Below are positions 37,868 through 51,860 of a stretch of DNA of 64,000 nucleotides, piece by piece. The stretch spans positions 9,858,001 through 9,922,000 of the forward strand of contig NC_043015.1 in the NCBI RefSeq assembly GCF_006345805.1, given 5' to 3'. Each line of letters starts with the position of its first letter. The stretch's first letter is position 1. A model generated the notes under the pieces. It did no database searches, had not been told where the DNA came from, and was given only the letters and a program-made list of their open reading frames with translations. The stretch comes from Octopus sinensis. Lineage: Eukaryota. Position numbers and translations under genes: made by a program.

Positions 37868-39389
37868 GACCTTTTCATTGGACAAAAAGGGCCCTGGATA
37901 TGGAGGGCAATACCAAAGGACGAAATATAACCGAAGATGTATGTTTCACATTGATCTATTTTTCATATCTAAAAAAAACATACCAATATCGAAACCGAAA
38001 AAAAAATAACTAATCACTAAATAAACAGAAACTCCCAAGAGAAACAAATCGTGCACAAAATGACCCTGAATAATCTGTTGACTTTAAGGTACAGGAGATA
38101 CCCTCTAACAGTTCCTTTACTCTTACATAGAAAAGCCTACTCAGCGTAGCCCCTTTCAACATGGCGAATCTTGCTTTCCTCGTCGACATTTCGCTAAAAA
38201 TCACATACGTACATATATTAAATAATAATTAATATTTGTTGTAGAGTAAATTGTTAATAATATTTGGATGGGAATTCTAAATGTTTGTACAAAATCTCTT
38301 GCATAAACACGGGGCACATATTTACTCTAATAGTGTTTGATATAATGTTTTGAAATTAAAAGCATGCTTACACAAGAAGAGCCTTTTACTCGGTTTACTC
38401 AATAGAAACACTACACACAGCTTAAATTTGCAAAAATCTAGGAGTCACCTGATTTACGCAAGTTTTTCATTCACACGTAGATATGTAAATATGCGTGTAA
38501 GTGTGTGTGAGTGTGTGTGTGTCCGTTTGTGTCTGTGTGTCTAGAATGTATGGATGCTCATTGTTCTAATATGCGAAGAAACTTTCGATTTATAATTAAA
38601 CATAGATGTCTAGAATTCGTTTATCACTTATGTAAATGTAGGAAATTGTGATATTGAGAAACTAATTGCAATTATGCAATACTCTTTCTTCAATTTAAAC
38701 GGACGCAAACATAATCCTGACAGATAACCTCTTATCTCTTGTTCAACTGTCATCATGTTAAAATATTCCATTAACGTAAGAGATATTTTTGGTATATCAC
38801 AATGTAGAATATTCCATTTACTAGACTCTTCAAGGTTGTATGTATCTTCTTCGTTACTTTCTCCGTCACGATGTCACTACAACACTGAACAGAAATGCAG
38901 TTGTCAAGTCAAAATTACAAAATGCAGAAATACATAGCCTGTGGCCGCATCTTTTTCTTTTTTTTATTTAGATATTCTTTACTGCAGCAAATGGAATAAC
39001 TGCATGCATTGTAATCCAACATTTTCTAAGTTGCTGACATTTCTACTATTTATATAATTGGAACTGATTATATTATTTTATCATTCACATAACATATATT
39101 CTTCTTTTTTTTTATTTAAAAGTATCATTCAACATTGTTAACATATATCATCGTTATGAACATTATCATTTGAAAGTTCACGTTTCAATACTGGATTTCA
39201 GTAACAAGATATGACTACTATATTTTATTTTCCATACATCTTCATCTTATGTTATATCATCAGGAATTCTAGATTCTGAACAAAACATTATTTTTTGTAG
39301 CCTATGTACCTCCTCCTCACAATAAAGTTTGAAAAGTCTACTCTATCGCCTACAGTTTACATCTACATTCACTAGTCATGTAAATTTAC

Positions 39390-39770
39390 TTACTGTGTGG
39401 TACGTAGCTTGCTTTCGAACCGCATGTTTGCAGGTTCAGTCGCATTGCATGGCACTTTGGGCAAGTGTCTTCTACTATAGCCTCGGGCCGACCAAAGCCT
39501 TGTGAGTGGATTTGGTAGACGGAAACTGAAAGAAGCCCGTCGTATGTACGTGTATATATGTTTGTGTGTATGTGTTTGTCCCACAACATCGCTTGACAAC
39601 CGATGCAGTTATGTTTACGTCCCGTAACTTAGAGGTTCGGCAAAAGATACCGATAGAATAAGTACTAGGCTTACAATGAATAACTCCGGGGGTCGATTTG
39701 CCCGACTAATGTCGGTACTACAGCATGGCCACAGTCAAATTACTGATACAAGTAAAACAGTAAAAAAGTA
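39390..39770 (+). mobile_element. SINE family C (CORE-like, internal microsatellite, CR1-type tail)
   Basis: ctgtgtggta..gcttgct head, ggcactttgggcaagtgtcttctactatagcc core, cagcatggccacagtcaaattactg tail. Confidence 0.85.
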
Positions 39771-39822
39771 AAATATCTGAATACTTAATGTATGTTTATA
39801 TGTATGTATGCATGTATGTTTG

Positions 39823-39905
<83 letters not shown>

Positions 39906-40102
39906 GATGATAACTTTCTTTCTTGCCAAATAAACACACGCTCCACATGTTGGTTCTCCACTAGTTTATTTCTGTTCTTATTTTATCTTATGTTAATTGT
40001 CTGGAAATCTCTAGACTCACATCCGTGATCTCTTCAGTGACACTTCCATCGACGTGTATCCTGCTGATCTGTTTAGCTCACTCTCATATGTATATATAAA
40101 TG

Positions 40103-40332
40103 TTAAAGACCCACTTCGACCATGAATGACCATGGAATTACACCTAGAAATTTACCCTCTAAAGCATAAGTCTGGGCAAGTTTGTTCATGGAGGACCGGC
40201 AGTCACTCATGCATACCAGTCTCCTCTCTCCATGCCACTGATTTTAACCAAGGGAAAGGCATAAGCCGATACAGCTTGGCACCAGTGACTTTGCAACTCA
40301 TTTCTACAGCTGTGTGATCTGGAGCAACGTGA
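40103..40332 (-). mobile_element. CORE-like SINE, headless, with a distinct tail
   Basis: Minus strand cttgagcaaaacgctttatttcacgttgctccag (CORE-like motif) followed by a ~200-bp GC-richer tail. Confidence 0.6.
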
Positions 40333-40593
40333 AATAAAGCGTTTTGCTCAAGATATGTATATATGTATGTGTGTTTATGCCCTTATTTATGCTACTTTCT
40401 CTTTGGAGTTTCCTCCTTCCGACGAAAAGCCATTCTCGAAACGTTAATAACCCTCTCATTTCACTGAGCGTCAAATTAATGTATTGCTTGTGCACGTACT
40501 CACGTTCATCTTTTTCTTTTTTCTCTGTTTGTAAGTGTTTTGTTTTTTGAATTGACTCTGTATGTTTTTTTTTTTTTTTTTTTGGCGGGGTTA

Positions 40594-40750
40594 TACCAGG
40601 GGTGTGCTCAAACGTTCCTGGCTCTGCGTAAAAGAAAATACATGTGGATCAGTTAACTATAATTTTATTCAAGAAATCTGAAGTTTGGACCTCCCACCAG
40701 GACATTCGCGATACCGTCAGGCCGAGAACATTTCAGCACTCTCTCTTATA
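40594..40750. mobile_element. Mariner-derived MITE, degenerate
   Basis: Imperfect TIRs ccaggggtgtgctcaaacgttcctggc / gccgagaacatttcagcactctctct with TA ends. Confidence 0.55.
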
Positions 40751-41329
40751 TTAAAGAGTTAGATATATGATAATATAAGTCTAAATGATTATATATGTTG
40801 AGAAATGTGTATGTTACAACAACTATACATGTTTTACTTTGATATTTGGATAAATATAGTAATACTAGGGAAAAAAATTATTCATTGCTGGGACGTGGAG
40901 TACAGAAAAGATTTTGGCGTTTGAATACCATCAACACTTGTTAATGTCGAAATAGCTTAGTTTTCCTGGTGTTGCATTATGCGGAAGAAAAATTTGCATT
41001 CCGGTTACTGAGAACCGCTTAATTGTTTCTGTTGACATAAGGATATGGTACGTTCAATACCATTATCATAAGGGAAATAAATGCTTATTGATACTAATTA
41101 CTGCACAGCTAACATGACCATATGTAGTATTTTTTCCTATCAACAAAATGTTTTATAGTGTTATATGTGCTCTTATTACACCTTCTATGACAGACAGCTT
41201 CGGAACATCCAAAGATCTTCAGATATATAACTGATGTAATTAATAGATACATGGAAGAGATGTTTAATTTTTTGTATTCCTGCACAAGATATTTGGACCT
41301 CACATTTATATCACTATGATATTGTAAAA

Positions 41330-41433
<104 letters not shown>

Positions 41434-41469
41434 TTAAATATATATTCTTACCTCCTCTCAAGTATATAT

Positions 41470-42560
41470 ACATCTTATCATAAGCCTAACTATTAAAATC
41501 CCATACATCAATGAAAATAGCAATGATCCAACGGCTATCGCAAATTGGCTCGTTAAAAGTATTGAAACAAGACTTAATATGCTCTCCTGCAGTGAGGATG
41601 TATTAGGCGAAAACAGAAATAGAAAACTTTGCACTAGGAAAAGCTAGAAATGCACAGATATACTTATAATAATAATCACATGAACAGAAGCAACATCAAA
41701 GCTTCAACCATAGCAGGCAAGAATATATGTCCGCCCTTAAATCACAAACCAAATGCAACACACAATATAAGAAGAAACAGAATCTACATACCTTCTATTA
41801 AATCCATAACAGATAACTACCATAATAAAGTTTCTTGCAATGGTAATAACAAAAGAGATAATAAAAATACTATTTGGTTAAATTTGCCGTTCGCTAAACT
41901 ATAAATGTTAATATAATTTATATAATGTACATGATAATTAATAAACAATTGAATAAAAACAAATACAATAAATTACTCCACAACGGTTGTTTCCGATACG
42001 GATTCTCAGTAACTCGTAATCTATTTAGATACATATCACTTCTCACTTCTACTAAATTTGATGAATTTTACGCTAAACGTGCAACATGTCAACTTAACAA
42101 TCAACGAGTAACCACTCGAACTAAACAAACATGAAATTCCTCACTGATAATATTAGTAAGTTGTAGGATATTAGTTACAATGATCAATGCAAATTCAATA
42201 GTAACTGCAAAAGAAAAGAAATTGTAGGTTACCCAGCCGCAGTGGGAGCTACAGGATAGCACTACTCTTATATCGGTAACTGCAAAACTATTATTAAGAC
42301 TAGACTCGCGAACCCTGAACTTCCTTTTCGAAATCCTGACAAACGTTCATCAACCAGCCTGATTAAATTTATATGGCAATTAAAAGATAAGAACATTAGC
42401 TTTAAAATTACATAGAAAGTTTTATCTCAGTTTAAAGCCTTACACCCACCAGATAAATGCTGTGACCTATGTACAACTGTACGATATAGAATTAGTTTCT
42501 CTACTAAAAGACTATTAAGTGAAGGGGTCGCGAGAAATGCCTACACACGCATAAATTCCA
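41470..42560 (+). mobile_element. Decayed Penelope-like element (linker plus GIY-YIG)
   Basis: TIWLNLPF, then YIGNCKTIIKTRLAN...STSLIKFIWQLKDKNISFKIT*KVL...CCDLC. Confidence 0.75.
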
Positions 42561-43108
42561 CTAAACCTTTATGTAATCTCTACATCAATCATATATGATA
42601 TTTTTACCTTTTAATCGTATTTATATATAATATCTATCATTTATTATCTACGAAATATGACATTTGTATTTTTCTTTATAACACGATTTTTTATCCTAAA
42701 TTTAACGATAAAAACCTTACATTCCTCATAAACCCGTGCAAATATTATATACTTTCCCTGTTTTTAGCATCCTCATAAACACTCATTAAATAGACACGCC
42801 TATACACTTTTCTGAACAATCCACTGATTTACTATTAAATCAACTAATCCACTACTCCATCAAAAATTTAGATGCATATTAAATGAATGCCCCACCTTTT
42901 CTCATATCTTTTGGAACTTTTTCCCCTCACCATACTCTACTTGATTATTTCTTCTTACTCTATATATTACAATATCTATATGTGTATATATACATATATA
43001 TACACACACACACACATATATATATATATAATATATATATATATCAGATACACACCTTAACTCAGGGCGTGCCCTTTTGTGGAGTTGTGTGTGTATGCGT
43101 AAGTATCC

Positions 43109-43156
<48 letters not shown>

Positions 43157-45834
43157 TGGGTGTACGTGTATAGATGTTGTATATACTTATCCATGCCTGC
43201 ATACTTGTCTCCGCTTCTATATGTAAATATTGCCGAAGCACATCGAGATACCCGCATAGATTTCATATCTGTCTTTAATCTCACAACTAAATTTTAAATA
43301 TCTTCTTAAATATCTGCCCACGTACCCTAATAAATAAACGGTCCATAAGTAAGACATATCTGTCATATATCACACCGTTTAAAATAACTTCAATCTATCA
43401 CCCATCATATATATTTTATGTTGTATCAATATCCAAATACTTCATTCATCTTTTCTTCTTTCTGTTTATGTTATTGATCCTAAATTTATAGATGTAAAAC
43501 TTACGTTCCTCATGAAGCCTGGTACATTTGTTTTTTGGGTTAAGTTTTTTTCTGACATCCTAAATAATTATACACGTACCTCTAGCAATTTTTTTTAAAA
43601 ATCGCTGTTTGTACTTGTTTATTTTCTTATTATGCAAGTTTCAACCTAAAAATTTTCCTATACGGTGCACACATGAAAGCATCCCTTTCTGTTCTCTGAT
43701 GTATCTTGGATATAATTTATACTTATATTCACTATTTTAGTCATTCAAACTTCACAACCTATACACCACTTTTCATTTCTAAACCCAATACCTTCCATTT
43801 TTATATATAAAATGTTCCTGGTTGTTTGCGTACGTGGCAATCTTAAACTTTCTTTTTTATATATATCCAAAAAAAACTGGTGCTTACCGACCCTTTTTCA
43901 CAATATATTGACAATCTAATCACAGTATTCTTATACTTATTTGTCTTTATCGGTTTTATAGAATATTAACATCACACCTGCCCAAAACAGCTTCCTTATA
44001 GTAACTAATTTCGTAATGGGAACCTCGATATCTTGTCATCCTTCTTTCTTACTATTTACCGCTGTTACATAACGTCGATTTCTATTTTTATTTATATCAA
44101 ATACGTGTACGATAATCTCATACATAAGTAATTTATAGATTATTAACAACCGTATTTTCCTTTTTCGTCTATTTTTGGCTAATCTGTCCTCCATAGGTCT
44201 TCCTACCGCCTAGTATTACTAACATTTAATCTAACTTGGTTTTTAAGCATCTACAATTTACTTAGCCTAATAATCTACCTATAAACTAAAGACGCATTAG
44301 AACATACCCACCCCTCCTTGTTTATTCCCTATAAAGCACCCCCACTTCTCCGCTATTCCTTGTCCTTCTCCCTATCTATATAAGTGTGTTTGTTTCTGTA
44401 TCCATATTCATACGCCTGAATATATATAAAAGAAACATTTTATATAATTTTTTTATATAATACTTTTTAATATATGTGCATGCCTATGGTTATGTTAACG
44501 TTTTTAGGTTTATTCATACACATGCGTCTATGTGCGCAGATATACAAATCTTCATATGCATGTTTATTTAGATATCTATTTTATTTATCTTCTCCGCATA
44601 TATGCTCAATTAAATACGCATGAGCCACTATATACTTGACATTTTCCTATTTTTTCATACTCTCGTCAACTATATTGAAATATGCACCGATATACCCTAA
44701 TCAATAACGGTCCTAACTAGTGAAGCATAACAACGGCTTCTTTCAAATTTCTATCAATCCTAAATCATATGTGTCTCCCACTAATGCAATAAAAATCATC
44801 CATAGAATTTAGCCTCTTCTTATATTAAATTTATTTATTTCATTACTTTTTATTTTAATTTTTTTTATTCATTTATATGTTTACTAATCATGCAATTTTG
44901 TATATGGATATAGTATATCTTCAAGTATTAAAAACCTATCAATCAATAGAATCTCTAAACACAGACAGTTTTTAACTTTAACCTGCTATCACTACAGACT
45001 TCCTTCAAAAAGATATAATGGTTCCCGAAGTGGAGTTAGCACTTTTTGAACCCCGAAGAAGTAGTATGAATATAGTATGAATGTGGAAAGTTTTTGACGT
45101 TCAACAACATGTTTGGAAACTCTTACCTCCTTATTGGTTTTGACAGAAACATATATGTAGGTTCTTTTTACGTTTTGCTTGACTTTTCTGAGCTTTCAAC
45201 TTCCAATTTATTTGTAATTTTTGTACAACAATATCATCTTTCTACATCATGCAAAGAAATCAGTAATTACATCCATTTATCCTCCATTTTCTTATACTTG
45301 TTTTCCCTCAATATGAATATGTTTCATTAATCCTAAACATATATACATGACGTATATATGATACGGATTCAACCCATTAAGCATTACACTGGGACACAAG
45401 TTTCTATGTATACATATGAATGCGTGTTGGAGTGTATGTATCTATGTATGTATGTATGTATTTATGTATGTATGTATGTATGCATGAATGTATGTATGTA
45501 TGCATGTATGTATGTATATTTGTATGTATGTTCAGAAGCTCTTTATGCTCCGCTTGTTGATAGGCAGTTAATATTGGTTTGCAACCTGTAGTGAAAAATT
45601 TGTTTCTAAAGAAAATTTCAGGATAAAAGCCAAAATATTATGGACAAAGCTACGTGATCTAGCTCTAGTGACACGATATCGAAACCTTCTTGAAATATTG
45701 ATTCAAGAGCCAATCTCACCACCAGTATGTCATTCGCTGTGCCACTCCTAAGCGTTCATTCTTCCTTCATAACTAGGTCTCCCTCTATCCTACATTTCTC
45801 TAAGACTGTTTCTTTACTAAATCCTGTTTCTTGT

Positions 45835-46145
45835 GCTGGCACTGTCGCTTACGACAAAGAAAGTTCCAGCTGATTCGATCAACGGAACAGCAAGCTGGTT
45901 AAATCAACGTGCAAGTGGCTGAACACTTGTAAACTTAACATATTTCTGAAGGAGATTCAGCGAGACACAGATTGGCACAAGGCTGGCCCTTTGAAACATG
46001 AGTACCATTCATTTTGGCCAGATGAATTAACTGGAACAACTGGAACGACGCGTTGTGCTCAAGCATACAACGCATCACCGGGAATTGAACGCACGATGTT
46101 ACAATCGTTTGCCGAATACACTAACCACTAAGCCACGCGCCTTCA
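45835..46145 (-). mobile_element. SINE family B-related, diverged
   Basis: Minus strand ggcgcgtggcttagtggttag head, gttcaattccc B box, and caaagggccagccttgt...ctgaatctcc...gctgttccgttgatcgaatc body. Confidence 0.75.
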
Positions 46146-46189
46146 TTGTCTCTAATATAATAGCCCTTTTCAGGGTTACCCACCATCGG

Positions 46190-47150
46190 TTGTTGACCTA
46201 TACACACGACACTTTCTTATGGACTAACTTGCTAACCTGGTCTGTGACTGCAGATGCGTCTGGAAGGGCACATTCAACAACCGCTATCTGGGTCCCCACT
46301 AATGGTTTGTATTTAGGTCAGCCGTAGAAAGTACACATTTGTGATCTGTGTAGCCGATAGCTTTGGATTGCGAGCAAATTCTGTTATTTGTACCTTCAGG
46401 CCCATAGATTACCTAGTCCAGATATGATCTGGTATACCTAATATTGTGTGCACAATTCCACGTCGGCGCATTCAGAAAATCCGATCGTTATCTGTCAGCA
46501 AATTAGAAGCGGCTAAGCAGGTTTGTAAAACTTTTACAGCTCCCTCTTCTATCGATTATCCCCATTTACTCCAGGTATGTATCGAAGGTGGTGTTCCAGT
46601 TGCATACTAGAACTAAAAGCGAGACGTCTCAAGATAAATATCTAAACGTCTGAAGTGGCCTACAGAAAGACAATTCTAAACGTGCCAACTTCCCTATTTT
46701 TCACATATAGGACAGAAAATCTACGATCCGGTTGTTGCAGGATTGTCAGTACCCCAGGTTCAGATTATTTCATATGATCTGGACCTGAGGTGTTCCAGGT
46801 GATTAAGAGATGTGTAGGTAACAGAATTGTCGAAAATTGTGGCTTGATCGTATGTGTCGGAAATCTTGGTTTTGCTAAGGTTGCTAGTTTCTATTGCTGG
46901 TGACCTGAGGCCGTTGAGCAGGCCATATTCTTGCTTCTACGGTAACCCCAGGCAACTAACAGTCATACAACCTACTGTTAAACCCACCATGGTAACTTGG
47001 AAATAAGCCGCTGTAGGTCAGGTTCAACATCATAATGTAAGGAGGTTCCTTTTGGAACCCCTTTATGTGACTAATCATTTCTTTTACATAAGAGTTTCTC
47101 GGAGAAAAATATCCCACATCTTTTAAGACATTTCCCGATTCGTTCACACC
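46190..47150 (-). mobile_element. Old RTE-like LINE fragment (RT C-terminal part)
   Basis: Decayed similarity to RTE LEQFH..LR.IL...W and WAGH motifs (tgcaactggaacaccaccttcgatac; atctggactaggtaat); many disruptions. Confidence 0.4.
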
Positions 47151-47269
47151 ATTCTTGTTTCAAGTATTTTAATGGTGCTTGTACCAAAGATAACACACTA
47201 TCTCTCGTGAATGAGGGACATGGATTTTTTGTTGGTACTCCACACTAGCACGAAGTCATGTGATTATGC

Positions 47270-47492
47270 CTGGCAGAATCGTTAGCACGCCGGGCGAAAT
47301 GCGTAGCCGTATTTCGTCTGCCGTTACGTTCTGAGTTCAAATTCCGCCGAGGTCGACTTTGCCTTTCATCATTTCGGGGTCGATAAATTAAGTACCAGTT
47401 ACGCACTGGGGTCGATGCAATCGACTTAAACCGTTTGTCTGTCCTTGTTTGTCCCCTCTGTGTTTAGCCCATTGTGGGTAGTAAAGAAATAG
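47270..47492 (+). mobile_element. SINE family A, near full length
   Basis: tggcagaatcgttagcacgccgggcg A box, gttctgagttcaaattcc B box, cctttcatcatttcggggtcgataaattaagtaccagtt core. Confidence 0.9.
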
Positions 47493-47778
47493 GTTGTTGC
47501 TGCTGGAGATGTTCTCTTCACATATTTTTTTTTATATAGTTACGGATTTTGGCATAGATAAGTGCGCAATATTAGTCATAAAAAAGACAGGTATTCGGGT
47601 ATTCAGCAGACGGCCAAGAATTAAAATCACTGAAAGACGGAGGAAGACATTCACCACCGTATACTCCTCCTCTACCTTCTCTGGACACTTCTCACATATT
47701 GTAGTTATGATGAGTATACTGGGCTTCGTATATTTGTACCCCAGTGTCACTGTGATGGCATGCACTGCTCTCTCACTC

Positions 47779-47835
<57 letters not shown>

Positions 47836-47839
<4 letters not shown>

Positions 47840-48040
47840 TTCAGACAAATACATAACAAAAACACCAGGACTTACAAACACATATAACATACAGAAAATT
47901 GCACTACTAGGCACTGCACACATCCTACGCAGAACACTTCCCATACAATAACCATCACAACAAATCACAGCACATACCCAAGGCACACAGAGATGCGCTC
48001 GGTAGTGAAGTAAAAGCACGCTATAAAAATAAAACTACTG
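47836..48040 (+). mobile_element. Severely 5'-truncated R4/Dong-like LINE end inside (AAT)n
   Basis: YSDKYITKTPGLTNTYNIQKIALLGTAHILRRTL C-terminus plus a 3' UTR; (AAT)n at 47778-47838 and from 48040. Confidence 0.8.
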
Positions 48041-48055
48041 AATAATAATAATAAC

Positions 48056-48121
<66 letters not shown>

Positions 48122-48391
48122 GACAACGACGACGGGAACTACAATGACGATGATGATTATCATAAGGATCATGATGTATGAGGTGATGAAATGAAGACGG
48201 AAGCCGAAAAAGAAAACAGAAATAGGTAAAGGAAATCTAATCATTAGATTATAAGTGAAAACATAAAGAAAGTTTGCTATAATAAAATTAAATATAGTTT
48301 ATTGTAATCTCATCCGTTATCATGTATATGAACACATACTGCTTTGGGGGGTGGAGATACTAATACTGCCTTCATATTATCCATATTTTGT

Positions 48392-48821
48392 AGAGAATAT
48401 AGGAATAACACTTTGCTGTAGCGAACAATACTGTATTTAGATAAATATAATCATTAACAGAATATTTAATCATGCACCTCTTATGGAATAAAACTACTAC
48501 AAACTCTTGGATCAAATCCCAGGTGTTATGAGTATAGGAGAGTATAGGGGTAACACTTTGCTGTAGCGAACAATGCTGTATTTAGATAAATATAATCATT
48601 AACAGAATATTTAAACATGCATCTCTTATGAAATAAAACTCCTACAAACTCTTGGATCAAATTCCAGGTGTTATGAGTATAGGAGAGTATAGGAGTAACC
48701 CTTTGCTGTAGCGAACAATACTGTATTTAGATAAATCTAATCATTAACAGAATATTTAAACATGCACCTCTTATTAGAATAAAACGTATACAAACTCTTG
48801 GATCAAATTCCAGGTGTTATG
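48392..48821. repeat. 145-bp tandem repeat, three copies
   Basis: taacactttgctgtagcgaac... starts at 48406, 48551 and 48696; high identity. Confidence 0.95.
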
Positions 48822-49309
48822 AAATGCAAATTGTAATTGTGGCAGGTATGATTACGTCAGTTTAGGTCTGCAAATAGAATTATCATTTCATTCTTGAATA
48901 AGCACAAGAGGAGATGCGATTAATTAACCAGAAAGAGCAGTGACTATAAGGTTGAATGCTGCCACGTACAAGAGCTGATGAACTATTCAACACTTAAAAT
49001 AGCCAAACGCAGAGAGTTAATGAACTATTTAAAAGTAGATATTTCAATATGCTATAAACATGTCAGTGGCAATACAGAATAGATAATGCCATGCACTTGT
49101 TAAATATATATGGAATACTAATAACAGAGCATAATTTTCGCCTTGATGAACAATTGCATTAAGCAGAACGCTAAGTAGGGTGCTATAACATCCTACTTAG
49201 AAATAACGATGTTCTTTACTTTTTATATCTCAAACAGTAAACGACGGCCATGTTTGATATATGTGTACTGTGATCCAATAGTTCATTTTCTAACGTGTTC
49301 TAACTACCT

Positions 49310-49335
49310 ACCTACCTACCTACCCACCTAACTGC

Positions 49336-49409
<74 letters not shown>

Positions 49410-49412
49410 ATA

Positions 49413-49462
<50 letters not shown>

Positions 49463-49575
49463 GCTATCTATCTATCTATCTATCTATCTCTCTATCTAGC
49501 TATATATCTATCTATCTATCTATCTATCTCTCTATCTAGCTATATATCTATCTATCTATCTATCTAGCTATCTCC
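49310..49575. repeat. (CTAT)n microsatellite
   Basis: Directly visible. Confidence 0.95.
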
Positions 49576-49748
49576 ATATATACATTCTGTATTAGAAAAC
49601 TGAATAAATGCATAAATAAGACTTCGTTTGCAATGTACTCTATTCTCAAATGACTTGAGAACTGTAATATTATTCGCTAAGCTCTAATGTGTGGTATACT
49701 TTCATAAATACATATAGTAAAATTCTTATGCATGAATGATAATATATG

Positions 49749-49798
<50 letters not shown>

Positions 49799-49838
49799 TG
49801 TGTGCATGTGAGTGTGTGTGAGTGTGTGTGTATGTATG

Positions 49839-49881
<43 letters not shown>

Positions 49882-49891
49882 TATATATATT

Positions 49892-50281
49892 CCTTTCTTT
49901 CTTTACCTGCTTCAGTCATTTCACTGTGGCCATGCTTAAGCCCTGCGTTAAATCGTTTTTGGTCGAAGACATCGATTATAAGACCTATCTGTCCTAAGCC
50001 TAATATTATTCTATCGGTCACTTTTACCGAATATCTAAGTTTTAGGGACGTAAACACAACATCGGTTGTCTAGCGACAGTGGAAGGACAAACACTGACGC
50101 GAAGCCACACACGCACATAAATATATACGACAGTATTCTTTTAGTTTCCGTCTACTAATTCCACTCCCAAGTCATTGATCAGCCCGAGGATATAGTAGAA
50201 GACACCCGACCATGATCCACGCAGTGGCGCTGAACCTGTGGTTTGAAAACAAGCCTTTTACCACACAGCCACACCTACACC
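49892..50281 (-). mobile_element. SINE family C, diverged
   Basis: Colinear with 60491-60892. Confidence 0.8.
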
Positions 50282-50292
50282 TGTATAAAATA

Positions 50293-51525
50293 TTAGATTG
50301 TTACACGTGAAATATCACATTTTTAATTACTTGTTATGTCAGTCATTTAAAAACTCAATTATGCATACCTTGCATTTAATATTGACTCTTTTTCTTTCGC
50401 AAAAGTATTGGTATAAAAAATTTGTACCAACTGACCTTATGAAAATGATATCAACCAAAGTATGTAGAGTGATTTTCCGGTATGAGTCCAAACTGGGTCA
50501 GCCTGCCACAGAAGCTCTACGGAATACGAAGCGGGCCTTTCGTAATGGTTTTTTTTATATCAGAACTGTTCAGAGATGGTCCCATAGCTCTTGCTCAGGA
50601 GATGATAGCCTTCAAAGTAAACCAATGTTATTCAGTTATTTGGCATGATAGATTAAATGCTTTGGTTGAACAAAATCCGAGAACAAAGGTTCGAAAGCTT
50701 TCTTCAGAACTCCAAACATCTCGTACAACTGATTTTGGACACCTTTAAAAAATTGGAAAAGTGAAAAAAGAGAATATAGGTTTGTGCCACATCAACTGAA
50801 CGAGATTCAAAATAAAAAGGCGCCTCGAAGTGTGCTTCTTATTGCTTTCTCGACTAGAAAAAGACAATTTTTGCATCAAATCATTAATTGTGGTGAGAAA
50901 TGGATGCTCTTTGACAACAGCAAAGCAGGACAGATATTGGATGCAGGAGAGCTACCTAAACACTACCCCAACCCACCATTGCGCCCCAAAATGTTAGTGG
51001 TCACTGTATGGTGGTCTGAGAAGAGAGTTATTCATTATTTATTTTTGCAACAAGGGAAAACGGAACAGCAACATCGTACTGCCAGGAAATTGATTGTATG
51101 CATGAAAACTTCAAACAGAAGCAACCCAGACTAGTGAATAGAGATGGCCCAATTTGGCTTCACGACAATGCACGTCCTCACACTCCTCAATCTGCGGTCC
51201 AAAAGTTGCAAAACCTAAATTATGAGATTTTATAACATCCTCCCTATTCCCCTGATTTCTCTCCTACTGATCATCACTTAAGCATTTTGAGCTTTTCATA
51301 AGCAATAAAATATACTTAAAAAGAAAACAGGTAATTAGAGCATTCGGACAGTTTATCACAGCAAAGGATGGATTTTTCTTTAAAGATGAAATATATGACA
51401 AAGAAACGTTGGGTAAACGTCAGAAATGAACATGGATGAGATTTTAATTAAATAAATCAGTTCTCTAACAATTCTGAAACATTTTATCGTTACCTTTCAA
51501 ATACATTTCCTGTGAAACAATCTAA
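50293..51525 (+). mobile_element. Full-length decayed mariner (~1.23 kb) with transposase pseudogene
   Basis: TIRs ttagattgttacacgtgaaat / atttcctgtgaaacaatctaa flanked by TA. Motifs VPHQL, GEKW (first catalytic D appears lost), LHDNARPH and HPPYSPDFSPTD; frameshifted. Confidence 0.9.
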
Positions 51526-51724
51526 TAACATATATGAATATGCATACAGGGAAAAACTAAAAAACTTTTCAGCATTGTCCATTTGATATTCCTGGCCTGA
51601 ACATATGCACCCTACACACAGTTTAGAAAATTCTATGACAACAATCTTTTTTTCCTTTTCTACATTTCTAAAGTAGAGGGTGGAAAATTATATTGTCGTC
51701 CATTTTCAAAATTTCATGAGAGTG

Positions 51725-51860
51725 GGAAGCTAGTAGAATCGTTAGCGCGTCGGCAAAATGCTTACCAGTATAACTTCCGTATCTGTTACATCTGAGTCCA
51801 AATGCCGTGGAGGTGAACTTTGCCTTTGATCCCTCACATTGTCAATAAAATACAGTCTAC
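51725..51860 (+). mobile_element. SINE family A remnant
   Basis: agaatcgttagcgcgtcggcaaaatgctta...ggtgaactttgcctttgatcc. Confidence 0.6.

Noticed and set aside
41180-41230. Fourth hammerhead-like motif on the minus strand (CTGAAGA...GAAGC...GTC)
   Set aside because: Stem II is out of register, GAAA is mutated and stem I has only about 3 bp; too weak to call.
43505-43559. Minus-strand 55-nt exon MSEKNLTQKTNVPGFMRN with a GTAAGT donor
   Set aside because: Weak acceptor, lies in probable decayed retroelement tail sequence, and GTAAGT is frequent by chance at this AT content.
47270-47350. tRNA genes suggested by A/B boxes (also at 35471, 60830-60892 and elsewhere)
   Set aside because: No complete cloverleaf; each continues into a SINE body.
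48392-48821. CRISPR-like periodicity in the 145-bp and 107-bp arrays
   Set aside because: Whole units repeat with no unique spacers; eukaryotic context and no cas genes.
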